DNA of 64,000 nt from Mobula hypostoma (taxonomy: Eukaryota), in the NCBI RefSeq assembly GCF_963921235.1, contig NC_086097.1:251040001-251104000 (forward strand), in the 5' to 3' direction. The first letter of the stretch is position 1, and the number at the start of each line of letters is the position of its first letter. The notes beneath the pieces were generated by a model, which saw only the letters and a list, made by a program, of their open reading frames with translations, made no database searches and was not told where the DNA came from. A program made the translations under genes and the position numbers. Positions 26,901 to 38,955 of the stretch are shown in pieces.

Positions 26901-27077
26901 TCTGTTTCATTGACTACACAAAAGCCTTTGACACAGTGAAACATCAAGTCATCATGAAAATGCTTAAAGATGATATATCAACAGAAAAGATCTAAGAATA
27001 ATCAGGAACCTTTACTGGCAACAAAGTGCAGCCATACGGATAGACAACGAGATTGGTGAATACCAGCCAATAAAGTG
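24000..27077. mobile_element. RTE-clade LINE with 5' inversion, interrupted by a Rex element
   Basis: The 3' half is on the minus strand (about 25775 to 24000, GAAT tail) and the 5' half on the plus strand (about 25775 to 27077). 15-bp TSD AGAATTGATATACAT at 23985-23999 and 27078-27092. Confidence 0.85.
24402..25275 (-). mobile_element. Rex1/Babar LINE 3' fragment nested in the RTE
   Basis: VVDFRR...FKFLGVNIT...KKAHQRLYFLRKL and a TTATAC-type tail. Confidence 0.8.
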
Positions 27078-27409
27078 AGAATTGATATACATGAGGAATA
27101 AAAATCTTTACGTTACATCTCCATCTAAATGTGCAATTTATAGTAATTTATAATAAATAGTATGTACAACAGGACAGTCAGTATAACACAGAAATACAAT
27201 TGTGTCAGCACAATTTAGGCAGTCCGATGGCCTGGTGTGAGAAGCTGACCCAGAGCCTGTTGGTTCTGGCTTTTATGCTGCGGTACTGTTTCCCGGATGG
27301 TAGCAGCTGGAACAGTTTGTGGTTGGGCTGACCCAGGACCCCAAAGATCCTTCGGGCCCTTTTTACACACTTGTCTTTGTAAATGTCCTGAATAGTGGGA
27401 AGAGCAACA

Positions 27410-28825
27410 ACTAGTCTTCGTGATTTTTATAAATGACCTGGATGAGGAAGTGGAGGGATGAGTTAGTAAATTTGCTGATGATACAAAGGTTGAAGGTGTT
27501 GTGGATGGTGTGGAGGGCTGTCAGAGGTTACAGAGGGACATCAATAGGATGCAAAACTGGGCTGAGAAGTGGCAGATGGAGTTCAACCAAGATGAGTGAG
27601 AGGTGGTTCATTTTGGTAGGTCAAATATGATGATAGAATATAGTATTAATGGTAAGACTCTTGGCAGTGTGGAGGATCAGAGGGATCTTGGGGTCCGAGT
27701 CCATGGGACACTCAAAGCTGCTGCACAGGTTGACTCTGTGGTTAAGAAGGCATACGGTGCATTGGCCTTCATCAATCATGGGATTGAGTTCAAGAGCCAA
27801 GAGGTAATGTTGCAGCTATATAGGACCCTGGTCAGACCCCACTTGGAGTACTGTGCTCAGTTCTGGTCACCTCACTACAGGAAAGATGTGGAAACTATAG
27901 AAAGGGTGCAGGGGAGATTTAAAAAGATGTTGCCTGGATTGGCAAGCAAGCCTTATGAGAATAGGTTGAGTGAACTTGGCCTTTTCTCTGTACAGCGATG
28001 GAGGATGAGAGGTGACCTAATAGAGGTGTATAAGATGATGACAGGCATTGATTGTGTGGATAGTCAGAGGCTTTTTCCCCAGGGCTGAAATGGCAACACG
28101 AGAGGACACAGTTCTACGGTGCTTGGAAGTAGGTAGAGAAGGGATGTCACGGGTAATTTTTTTTATTATTAAACGCAGAGAGTTGTGGGTGTGTGGAATG
28201 GGTTGCCAGCTACTGTGGTGGAGGCAGATACAATGGGGTCTTTTAAGAGGCTCCTGGACAGGGACGTGAAGCTTAGTAAAATAGAGGGTTATGGGTAACC
28301 AGAGGCAATTTCTAAAGTAAGTACATGTTTGGCACAGCATTGTGGGCCAAAGGGCCTGTATCGTGCTGTAGGTTTTCTAAGTTTCTAGTGGAATTTAGAA
28401 GATTGGGAAGCTTTCAAATACCAAGAGAAGGCAGCTAAAAAGTTATTAAGGTGGTAAAGCTAGAATATGAAGGTAAGCTAGCCAATAATATTAAAGAGGA
28501 CACCAAGTTTCTTCAGATACATAAAGTGCAGAAGGGAGGTGACAGTGGATTTCAGACTGCAGGAAAATGATGCTCTATAGGTAGTAATGGGGACAAGGAA
28601 ATGGCTGACAAACTGAATAAATATTTTGCATCAGTCTTCAATGTGGAAGACACCAGCAGTATGGTGGAAATTCCAGGTGTCAGTGGACATTAAACTCTGT
28701 TAAGTTACCATAAATAGGGAGAAGGTTCTTGGGAAACTGAAAGGTCTGCAGGCAGAAATGTCACCTGAACCTAACGGTGTAACCCCAGAGTTCGGAAAGA
28801 AGCGGCTGAAGAGATCATGGAGCGA
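27410..28825 (+). mobile_element. CR1 fragments
   Basis: RT C-terminus and 3' tail at 27410-28385, then an upstream ORF2 piece. Confidence 0.8.
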
Positions 28826-28899
28826 TCAGTCAACCCGAGACCACACCAACTATCTATCACTCAATTACTGCACACAGATCCCACACTAATTCCATTTTG

Positions 28900-29560
28900 A
28901 GAGACCAAGTGTAGAATGGAGAACTGCATTGTGAAGCACCTTTGCTTCATTTGCAAAAAGCAGCGTTTTCTGATGGTGAACCATTTTAATCCCAGTCCCT
29001 ATTCCCATTCCGACGTGCCGGCCCATGCCCCGCTCCCCCCGGTGATGATGAGGCCATTTTCAGGTTGGAGAAGCAACACAATGTACTCTGTCTGGGTAGC
29101 CTTCAAGCTGTTGGCATGAACATTGATTTCTCCAAATTCTAGTAAATAACCTCCCCTTCTTTAATTCCCCACTCTGCCCCCCTTACCTCTCCTCATCTCC
29201 TCATCTGCCCATCACCTCCCAGTGTGCCTCTCCGCCTTCTCTTTCTCCCATGGTCCACTCTTCTCTCCTATCAGAATCCTTCTTTTTCAGACCTTTTCCA
29301 CCCATCACCTCCCAGCTCCTTACTTTATTTCCCTTCTCCCACCCACCTAGCTTAACTTATCAACTTCTAGCTTGTACTCTTTCCCCTTTCCCACATTCTT
29401 ATTCTGCCTTCCTCCTCCTTCCTTTCCAGTCCTGATGAAGGGTCTCAGCCTGAAACGTCAACTGTACTTTTTTCCATAGATGCTGCCTGACCTGCTGAGT
29501 TCCTCCAGCATTTTACCTGTGTTGCTTTGATTTCCAGCATCTGCAGACTTTCTCTTGTTT
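28900..29560 (+). mobile_element. Penelope 3' fragment
   Basis: Degenerate GIY-YIG C-terminus, pyrimidine-rich UTR and hammerhead-bearing terminus. Confidence 0.75.
29427..29464 (+). ncRNA. Hammerhead motif, slightly degenerate (Penelope)
   Basis: CAGTC-CTGATGA-A-GGGTCTCAGCCT-GAAA-CG-TC-AACTG. Core intact, with a mismatch at the stem I closing pair. Confidence 0.6.
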
Positions 29561-29719
29561 GTATCCGATTGTCTTACTATTTATAACACACCAAATATAG
29601 TGACACAAACATGCAAGTGACATTATTTGAAAATGTTTGCTCCAAGCACGGTGTACTGTCTAATGGCCACATGACCTGCACACAACTGGAGCTAGTTAGA
29701 AAATCATCAGGAACAGTTT

Positions 29720-32545
29720 TAGACCACAAGACATGGGAGCAGAAGAAGGCATTCAGCCCATTGAGTCTGCTCTGCCATTTCATCATGGCTGATCTTGGAT
29801 CCCACTCAACCCTATACACCTGCCTTCTCGTCATATCCTTTGAGGCCCTGATCGATCAGGAAACGATCAGCTTCCGCCTTAAATACACCCGTGGACTTGG
29901 CCTCCACCGCAGTCTGTGACAGAACATTCCACAGAATCAATACTCTCTGGCGAAAAAATAAAATACTCCTTACCTCTATTCTAAAGGGTCACCCCTCAAT
30001 TTTGAGGCTGGGCCCTCTAGTTCTGGATACCGCCACCACAGAAAACATCCTCTCCACATCCACCCTATCCAGTCCTTTCTGCCCCAGTTACCTGTGGAAG
30101 ACACTAGCACAGTGGTGGGATTTACAGGTGTCGGGGCATGAGTGTGTGAAATTACCATAACTAGAGAGAAGGTTCTTGGGAAACTGAAAGGTCTGAAAGT
30201 AGATAGGTCACCTGGACCAGATGGTGTACACCTCAGAGCTCTGAAAGAGGTGGCTGAAGAGATCATGGAGGCATTAGTAATGATCTTTCAAGAATTCACT
30301 AGATTCTGGAACGGTTCTGGAAGACTGGAAAATTGCAAATGTCACTCTACTCTTCAAGAGGAGAGAGAGAGAGACAGAAAAAAAGGAAACTATAGGCCAG
30401 TTAGTCTGACCATATGGTTGGGAAGATATTGGAGTCGATTATTAAGGATAAGGTCTCAGAGTATATGGAAGCACATGATAAAACGGGCGATAGTCAGCAT
30501 GGTTTCCTCAAGGAAAAAACCTTGACTGACAAATCTGCTGGAATTCTTTGACAAAATAACAAGCAGGATAGACAAAAGGAGAATCGGTTGATGTTGCATA
30601 CTTGGATTTTCAAAAGGTCTTTGACAAGGTGCCACTCATGAGGCTGCCTAACAAGCTACGATCCCATAGCATTACAGGAAAGATTCTACCATGGATAACC
30701 AGTGGCTGATTGGCAGGAGGCAAAGAGTGGGAATAAAGGGAGCCTTTTGTGGTTGGCTGCCGGTGTGTAGTGGTGTTCCACAGGGGCCTGTGTTGGGACT
30801 GATTCTTTTTACGTTACATGTTAATGATTTGGATGATGGAATTGATGGCTTTGTTGAAAAGTTTGCAGATACGAAGATAGGTGGAGGGGTAGGCAGTTTT
30901 GAGGAAGTAGAGAGGCTATAGGAGGACTTAGATGGATTAGGAGAATGGACAAAGAAACGGCAGATGGAATACAGTGTCGGGAAGTCTATGGTCAAGCACT
31001 TTGGTAGTGTATATGGATTTCAGCAAGGCATTTGATAAGGTACCCCATGCAAGGCTTATTGAGAAAGGAAGGAGGCATGGGATCCAAGGGGACATTGCTT
31101 TGTAGATACAGAACTGGCTTGCCCACAGAAGTCAAAGAGTGGTTGTAGACGGGTCATATGCTGCATGGAGGTCAGTGACCAGTGGTGTGCCTCAGGGATC
31201 TGTTCTGGGACCCTCACTCTTCTTGATTTTTATAAATGACCTGGATGAGGAAGTGGAGGGATGGGTTAGTAAATTTGCTGATGACACAGAGGCTGGGGGT
31301 GTTGTGGATAGTGTGGAGGGCTGTCAGAGGTTACAGCGGGACATTGATAGGATGCAAAACTGGGCTGAGAAGTGGCAGATGGAGTTCAACCCAGATAAGT
31401 GTGAAGTGGTACATTTTGGTAGGTCAAATATGATGGCAGAATATAGTATTAATGGTAAGATTCTTGGCAGTGTGGAGGATCAGAGGGATCTTGGATCATA
31501 GGACGCTCAAAGCAGCTGCGCAAGTTCACTCTGTGGTTAAGGAGGCATTCGGTGCATTGGCCTTCATCAATCTTGGAACTGAATTTAGGAGCCGAGAGGT
31601 AATGTTGCAGCTATATAAGACCTTAATCAGACCCCACTTGGAGTACTGTGCTCAGTTCTGGTCAACTCACTACAGAAACAACGTGGAAAACACAGAAAGG
31701 GTGCAGAGGAGATTTACAAGGATGTTGCCTGGATTGGGGAGCATGCCTTATGAAAACAGGTTGGGTGAACTCGGACTTTTCTCCTTGGAGCGATGGAGGA
31801 TGAGAGGTGACCTGATAGAGGTGTATAAGATGATGAGAGGCATTGATCGTGTGGATAGTCAGAGGCTTTTTCCCAGGGCTGAAATGCTGCCACAAGAGGA
31901 CACAGGTTTAAGGTGCTTGGGAGTAGGTACAGATGAGATGTCAGGGGTAAGTTGTTTTTTTTTTTACGTAGAGAGTGGTGAGTGCGTGGAATGGGCTGCT
32001 GGCAACAGTAGTGGAGGCAGACACGATAGGGTCTTTTAAGAGACTTTTGGATAGGTGCATGGAGCTTAGTAAAATAGAGGGCTATGGGTAACCCTAGTAA
32101 TTTCTAAGGTAGGGACATGTTCGGCACAACTTTGTGGGCCAAAGGGCCTATATTCTACTGTAGGTTTTCTACACTTCTAAAGAAATGAAAGGGTTGACCG
32201 TTCTCTAAATGGAGAAAAAATGCAAAAACTGAGGTGTAAACGGACTTGTGAATCCTTGTGCAGGATTTCTTAAAGGTTAGTTTGCAGATTGAGCGGCAAT
32301 TGCAGGTGAGGAAGGCAAAAGCGACGGTAGCAGTCATTTCAAGAGTACTATAATATAAAAGCAATGATGCAATGTTGAAACTTTATAAAGCACTGGCGAG
32401 GCCTCACTTGGAGTATTGCGAGTCATTTTGGGTCCTCATGTGAGAAAGGATGAGCTGAAAATGGAGAGGGTTCAAAGGAGGTTCACGAAAATGATTCGAG
32501 GTTTGAATGGGTTGTCATCCTAATAACATTTGATGGCTCTGGGCT
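29720..32545. mobile_element. Nested CR1 fragments
   Basis: Minus-strand 3' end at 29720-30080. A plus-strand CR1 starting at 30090 is interrupted by another CR1 at about 31005-32175. Confidence 0.8.
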
Positions 32546-32549
32546 AAGT

Positions 32550-34000
32550 ACTAAGTACACAGTAAAAACAAAACAACGTTTCTCCAGGACCCTGGTGCTA
32601 CATGAAACAACACAAAACTACATTAGACTATGTGAGACAACACAAGGCTACACTACACTACGTAAAACAACATAAAAACTGCACTAGACTACAGATCTGC
32701 ACAGGACTACATAAAGTGCACAAAACAGTGCAGGGCAGTACAATAAATAATAAACAAGACAATAGGCACAGTAGAGGACAAGTTACAATATAATAATATG
32801 ATGTAGATGTCAGTCTAGTCTCTGGATATTAAGGAGTCTGATGGCTTGGGGGAAGAAACTGTTGCCCAGTCTGGTCGTGAGAGCCCGAAAGCTTTGGTAC
32901 CTTTTGCCAGATGGCAAAAGTTTGTATGAGGGGTGCGTGGGGTCCTTCATAATGCTGTTTGCTTTACAGGTGCAGCGTGTAGTGTAAATGTCTGTAATGG
33001 CGGGAAAAGAGACCCCGATGATCTTCTCAGCTGACCTCACTATCCACTGCAGGGTCTTGCGATCCAAGACAGTGCAATTCCCGAACCAGAGATGCAGCTG
33101 CTCAGGATGCTCTCGATACATCCTCTGTAGAATGTGGTGAGGATGGGGGGGTGGGAGATGGACTTTTCTCAGCCTTCGCAGAAAGGGGAGATGCTGCTGT
33201 GCTTTCTTGGCTATGGAGCTGGTGTTGAGGGACCAAGTGAGATTCTCCGCCAGGTGAACACCAAGAAATTTGGTGCTCTTAACGATCTCAATGGAGGAGC
33301 TATCAATGTTCAGCGGAGAGTGGTCGCTCCGTGCTCTCCTGAAGTCAACAACTATCTCTTTTGTTTTGTTTACATTCAGAGACAGGTTGTTGGCTCTGCA
33401 CCAGTCCGTTAACCGCTGCACCTCCTCTCTGTATGCTGACTCACCTTTCTTGCTGATGAGACCCACCATGGTCATGTCATCAGTGAACTTGATGATGTGG
33501 TTCGAGCTGTGTGTTGCAGCACAGTCGTGGGTCAGCAGAGTGAACAGCAGTGGACTGAGCACACAGCCCTGGGGGGCCCCTGTGCTCAGTGTGATGGTGT
33601 TGGAGATGCTTCCAATCCGGACAGACTGAGGTTTCCCAGTCAGGAACTCTAGGATCCAGTTGCAGAGGGAGGTGTTCAGGCCCAGTAGGCTCAGCTTTCC
33701 AGTCAGTTTCTGAGGAATGATTGTGTTGAATGCAGAACTGAAGTCTATAAACAGCATTCGAACGTACGTGTCTTTTTTGTGCAGGTGGAGGGTGATGGCA
33801 ATGGCGTCGTCTGTTGAACAGTTGGGACGGTACGCGAACTGCAGGGGGTCCAGTGAGGGGGGCAGCAGGGTCTTGATGTGCCTCATGACGAGCCTCTCAA
33901 AACACTTCATGATGATGGATGTGAGTGCAACGGGATGGTAGTCGTTGAGGCAGGACACTGAAGACTTCTTCAGCACGGGGACAATGGTGGTGATGGATGA
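32550..34000 (-). mobile_element. Rex1/Babar LINE, 5'-truncated (398-aa ORF)
   Basis: [37 protein letters not shown]. Inserted within a CR1 that resumes at about 34010. Confidence 0.88.
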
Positions 34001-36132
34001 ATTCAACAGAATTCAAAAGAATGAGGGCCCACCTAAATGAAGCCTATCAAATGATGAAAGGCCTTGATAGAGTGTATGTGGAGAGGATGTTTCCTATGGT
34101 GGGAGTGTCTAAGACTAGAGGACACAGCCTCAGAATAGAGGGTACCCTTTTAGAACAGAGATGAGGAAGAATTTCTTCAGCTAGAGTGGTGAGTCTGTGG
34201 AATTCTTTGTCACAGGCAGATGTGGAGACCAAATCTTTATGTATATTTAAGGAAGAGATTGATAGATTCTTCATTGGTCAGGGCATGAAGGGATACGAGG
34301 AGAAGGCAGGAGACTGGGGCTGTGAGGAAAATTGGATCGGCCATGATGAAATTGCAGAGCAGGCTTGATGGGCCAAATGGACTCATTCTGCTCCTATACC
34401 TTTTGGTCTCATACCCATCATTAACTCATTCACGAGAGCACACAAATGGACCTTGTACTCAAATACACACGAGTTCTCTACCAAACTGTTCCTGGACCTA
34501 CTGTGTTACATTGCCCTTCTGATAATAAAGGTTCTCAATGACACCAGGAAAATGGTTAATTCCTATACTGAACATAGAAAACCATAGCATAGTATAAGCC
34601 CTTTGGCCCACTATGTTGTGATGATCTTTAACCAACTCTAAGATCATTCCAATCTTCCCTCCTACAAATCCCTCCATTTTTCTATCACCTATGTTCAAGT
34701 TTGTCATCTGACAGTATAAACAAATAAAACAACATTCCTCCAGACCACACTACACCCACAAAACATATCACGCACAGCACAAAGAACAAATTATTACCAT
34801 AAATAAATTAATAATATAATTAAAACAATGCATGTAGTGTCTAGCGCAGGTAAACAGTAAACAGCTTGCCGTCCTTGTGACAAGATCGCAGTGGTTGCAG
34901 GGCATTCATTAGTCTCACAACCTACAGATGTGCCTATCTAAAAGACTGTTAAATGTCCCTAATATATCTGCCTCTACCTCCACCCCTCGCAGGGCACTCC
35001 ACACACTCACCACTGTGTAAAAACCTACCTCTGACATCTCCCTCATACTAATCACCTTAAAATTATTTCCCCTTATTTCCATCCTCTTATCTTGTACACC
35101 TCTATCAAGTCACCGCTCGTCCTCTTTCACTCCAAAGAGAAAAGACCTAGCTCATTCAACCTATCTTCATAAGGCACGCTCTCTAGTCCGGCAGCATCCA
35201 GTAAATCTTCTCTGCACCTTCTCTAAAGTTTCTACAACCTTCCTATAATGAGATAGCCAAAACTGAACACACATCTCCAAGGTCCTGATGAAGGGTCTCA
35301 GTCCAAACTGTCAACTGTTTATTCATTTCCATGGAGGCTGCCTGACCTGCTGAGTTCCTCCAGCATTTTGTGTGGGTTGCTCTGGATTTCCAGCATCTGC
35401 AGAATCTCGTGTTTACAACATTCCAAGTGTGTCTAACCAGAGTTTTATGTTACCTCAGGCGCTATATCTCAAATGAAGACAGATCTAAATTACCAGCTGA
35501 ACAAAGGACAAGATTCAATGAGATGCTCAAAACTTCCTGAAAGAAACTGATAAATTGGTTTATTATACAGGGAAAAGCTTGTCTTGCATACCATGCATAC
35601 AGATCAATTCTTTATAACAGTGCATTGCACAAGGTTAAACAATACAGAGTGTAGAGTAAAGAGTAAGTGCAGTGCAGGTGGACAATAAGGTAGATTGTGA
35701 AGTCAAAAGTCCATCTTATAATACAAGGGAAGCATTCAATAGTCTTATAATTGTGGGACAGAAACAGTCCTTGAGCCCCTGTGATCCAGGCTTTCAGCTT
35801 TTGTATCTTCCGCCCTATGGGGCGGTGGGGGAGAATGGAAGAGCAGAGACACACGCTGTGCTAATTTGAAAATATATTGCTATTTATTCTTCAGACTTCA
35901 GGAGACCTCGTACTATTCACAACCAGTACATTGGTGGCAAAGCAGCGGAAATTGCGAGCAGTTTCAAACTCCTGATCGCTCATTCCACACAATCGCTCAT
36001 GATCCCAGAACACATTCTGCAAATCAGGAAAGCTCACCACCACCTCTACTTTCTGAGGACGCTGAAGAGACTAACCACATCAATACTTACAACATTCTAC
36101 AGATGTTCAGTAGACAGCATCCTGACATGCTG

Positions 36133-36670
36133 GATCACTGCATGCTATGGAAACTGCACTGCGGCAGATCACCGCATGGTACAGAAACTGCACTGCGGCA
36201 GATCACCGCATGCTATGGAAACTGCGCTGCGGCAGATCACCGCATGGTACGGAAACTGCACTGCGGCAGATCACTGCATGCTATGGAAACTGCGCTGCGG
36301 CAGATCACCGCATGGTACAGAAACTGCGCTGCGGCAGATCACCGCATGGTAGGAAACTGCACTGCAGCAGATCACCGCATGGTACAGAAACTGCGCTGCG
36401 GCAGATCACCGCATGGTAGGAAACTGCGCTGCGGCAGATCACCGCATGGTAGGAAACTGCGCTGCGGCAGATCACCGCATGGTACGGAAACTGCGCTGCG
36501 GCAGATCACCGCATGGTACGGAAACTGCGCTGCGGCAGATCACCGCATGGTAGGAAACTGCACTGCGGCAGATCACCGCATGGTAGGCAACTGCGCTGCG
36601 GCAGATCACCGCATGGTAGGCAACTGCGCTGCGGCAGATCACCGCATGGTACAGAAACTGCGCTGTGGCA
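36133..36670 (+). repeat. Minisatellite, 16 copies of a 33-34 bp unit
   Basis: Unit GATCACCGCATGGTA(C)RGAAACTGCRCTGCGGCA. Sixteen GATCAC starts counted between 36133 and 36637. Confidence 0.95.
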
Positions 36671-37033
36671 GACAGGAAGGCTCTACAACAGGTAGTCAAA
36701 ACTGCCCAATGCCTCACAGACACCACCCTACTCGCCATCAAGGACATGTACACAGAAAGGTGCTGGAAAAGGGCTAATAACATCATGAAGGATATCCCCA
36801 CCCTGCTCATGGACTGTTTGTCCCACTCTCATCAGGGAGAAAGCTATGTAGTAGACTCAAAAATCAGTTATTTTCCCCAAGCAGCAAGGCTGATCAACAC
36901 CACTAACTACTAACCCACCACGCCCCCCCAAATGCCCAACCACCACTACTTTAAAATTCGCTGTCAGTCACCTTAAGTACAGACACTCCTGTGCCTAGCA
37001 TCACTTTATGGACATACAATCAATGTATACAAA

Positions 37034-37595
37034 TGTAACATGCTGTAGGGTTTCACTGCTGTGTAACATGCTGTAAGGTTTCACTGATAATGTAATGGTT
37101 ACTCTGTAGCAGCAATGTTTGGGTTATGACTCGAGATAACGGGGTTAGGAATGCTGTTGTTCTTTCTTGTGAGCTGGAAGAGAGATTTTCGCAGTCTTTC
37201 GCCGGGGTGGGGAGAGAAGACGCGAATGGAGAGAGTTATTAGACCGCTGGACGGGGTGGACTTGGAGCGAGGGTCCGAAGGGCAGCGACGATCAGAGGAG
37301 GTCGATGGTGGACGATCGACTTATCAGTCAGCTCCAACTTTGCACAATAGACTGTTTAATAAGATTGGGCCTTTTTTATTTCTTTTTTTCATTTCTTTAC
37401 TAACCATATAGTCAAAGTAAGAATTAGAAAGCTTAATCGTTTAATCGCATATTGTGTACTGTTTGTCATTTCGGCGTACTGATTTGTAACAGGGGACACA
37501 TCGCGCAGCATCCACCCAAACGAGATTTCTTAAGTTTGGCCAGGCTGGGGGCTATCACCCCCTATATTAAGCCGCTAGCCGAAGCGAGAGTTACA
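37034..37595 (+). mobile_element. Solo LTR (562 bp)
   Basis: TGTAAC...GTTACA inverted termini, imperfect 4-bp TSD CAAA/CAAG, and it interrupts the Rex 3' UTR. Confidence 0.75.
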
Positions 37596-37696
37596 CAAGC
37601 TATCTTATGTATTTGTATCTATTCTAATTTTTTAATTATTTGTTCTTTATCTTATTGTGTTTTATTGGTGCTGCATCTGATCTGGAGTAACAATTA

Positions 37697-38955
37697 CAGG
37701 TTTCCCCCGCTATCCGAAGGTAGAGCGTTCCTATGAAACGGTTTGTAAGCCGGAATGTCGTAAAGTGAATAAGCAATTACCATTTATTAATATGGGAAAA
37801 ATTTTTGAGCATTCCCAGACCCAAAAAATAACCTACAAAATCATGCCAAATTCCACTTAAAACCTAAAATAACAGTAACATATAGTAAAAGCAGGAATGA
37901 TATGATAAATACACAGCCTATATAAAGTAGAAATACTTTTCTGCAGCACTGTCTAGCGCAGCGAAAATCTCACGGCAGCACTCTCGGTGGAAGCGCTCTC
38001 GGCAGAAACACTCTCTCCAGTAACCTTTAAGCTATGAAGCTGCCAAATCATACCAAATAAGACATAAAAATACACAGCCTATATAAAGTAGAAATAATAT
38101 ATGTAGTGTAGTTTCACTTACTGGAATCAGGAAGACTCCAATAAGTTGCAGTTTCGTCACAGTTAAACACTTACTTATACGAATAACCTGTAATCTGTAA
38201 TTATTTTCTTCAGCTCTGCTGGGAACTTTTCGGCAGCTTCAGTATCAGCGGAAGCACTCGCTCCGGTAAACATTAAACTATGAAGCTGCCCTCGCCTCAG
38301 AAACCGATCAAACCACCCATGACTACCTTTAAATTCCACTTTCACAACACTTTCATCACCAACGGCCAGTGCTTTCTGTTTCAGCTTATTAAAAAGACTG
38401 ACTGATTTCTCCTTAAGTATGAGAAAATTTAATGGAACACCACGCTTTGTGCACCCATCAATCCACTCAAGCAATAGACTTTCCATTTTATCCATTATTG
38501 GATGCCGACTAAGAGAGACCACTTTGCTACGAGCAGAACCAACAGTAACATCGGCAGCTTTCAAAATTCTCTCTCTGCGTATAAATAGTGCGAATGGTGG
38601 ACGCAGGCAAGTTCAACGTGTGGACAATGTCCTTATTTTGTTCACCACGATCGAAAAGCTTAATTATGTCTAGTTTTATGCTAAGTGTAACACCCTTACG
38701 AGCTCTTTTAGGCTTTTCCGATACCCTAGAACTCATCTTGCTAACGGATGCAGAAAATAAATCGGGATAAAGCACGTGTTTAAGCAATGGCGGCTAGAAT
38801 GCAGTTCCGGGGGAGGAGCTTGGCTGTTCAGGCGCATGCTGCCTTTTATCGTAACAGTGAAAACACCTTCCGTTAGCGAAAACAGGTAACTAATGTAGGT
38901 CTTTCGTAACAGCGAGGTGTCGTAAAGCGAATGTTCGGAAAACAGGGGCCACCTG
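37697..38955 (-). mobile_element. Tigger/pogo DNA transposon, internally deleted (1259 bp)
   Basis: TA TSDs. TIRs CAGGTTTCCCCCGCTATCCGAA and CAGGTGGCCCCTGTTTTCCGAA match at 17/22 positions. Frameshifted transposase with HTH-psq (KLDIIK...STIRTI), CENP-B HTH (FKGSHGWFDRF) and the first catalytic DET motif, followed by a deletion. Confidence 0.9.

Noticed and set aside
36133..36670. CRISPR-like array of about 34-bp repeats
   Set aside because: The units are head-to-tail with no unique spacers, there are no cas genes, the context is eukaryotic, and the unit derives from a LINE ORF.
35866..36777. 303-aa repetitive ORF as a novel protein
   Set aside because: It is a by-product of the stop-poor minisatellite inside a decayed Rex element.
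38175..38787. Domesticated TIGD/CENP-B gene
   Set aside because: It is frameshifted, lacks most of the DDE domain, and is still flanked by TIRs and TA TSDs.
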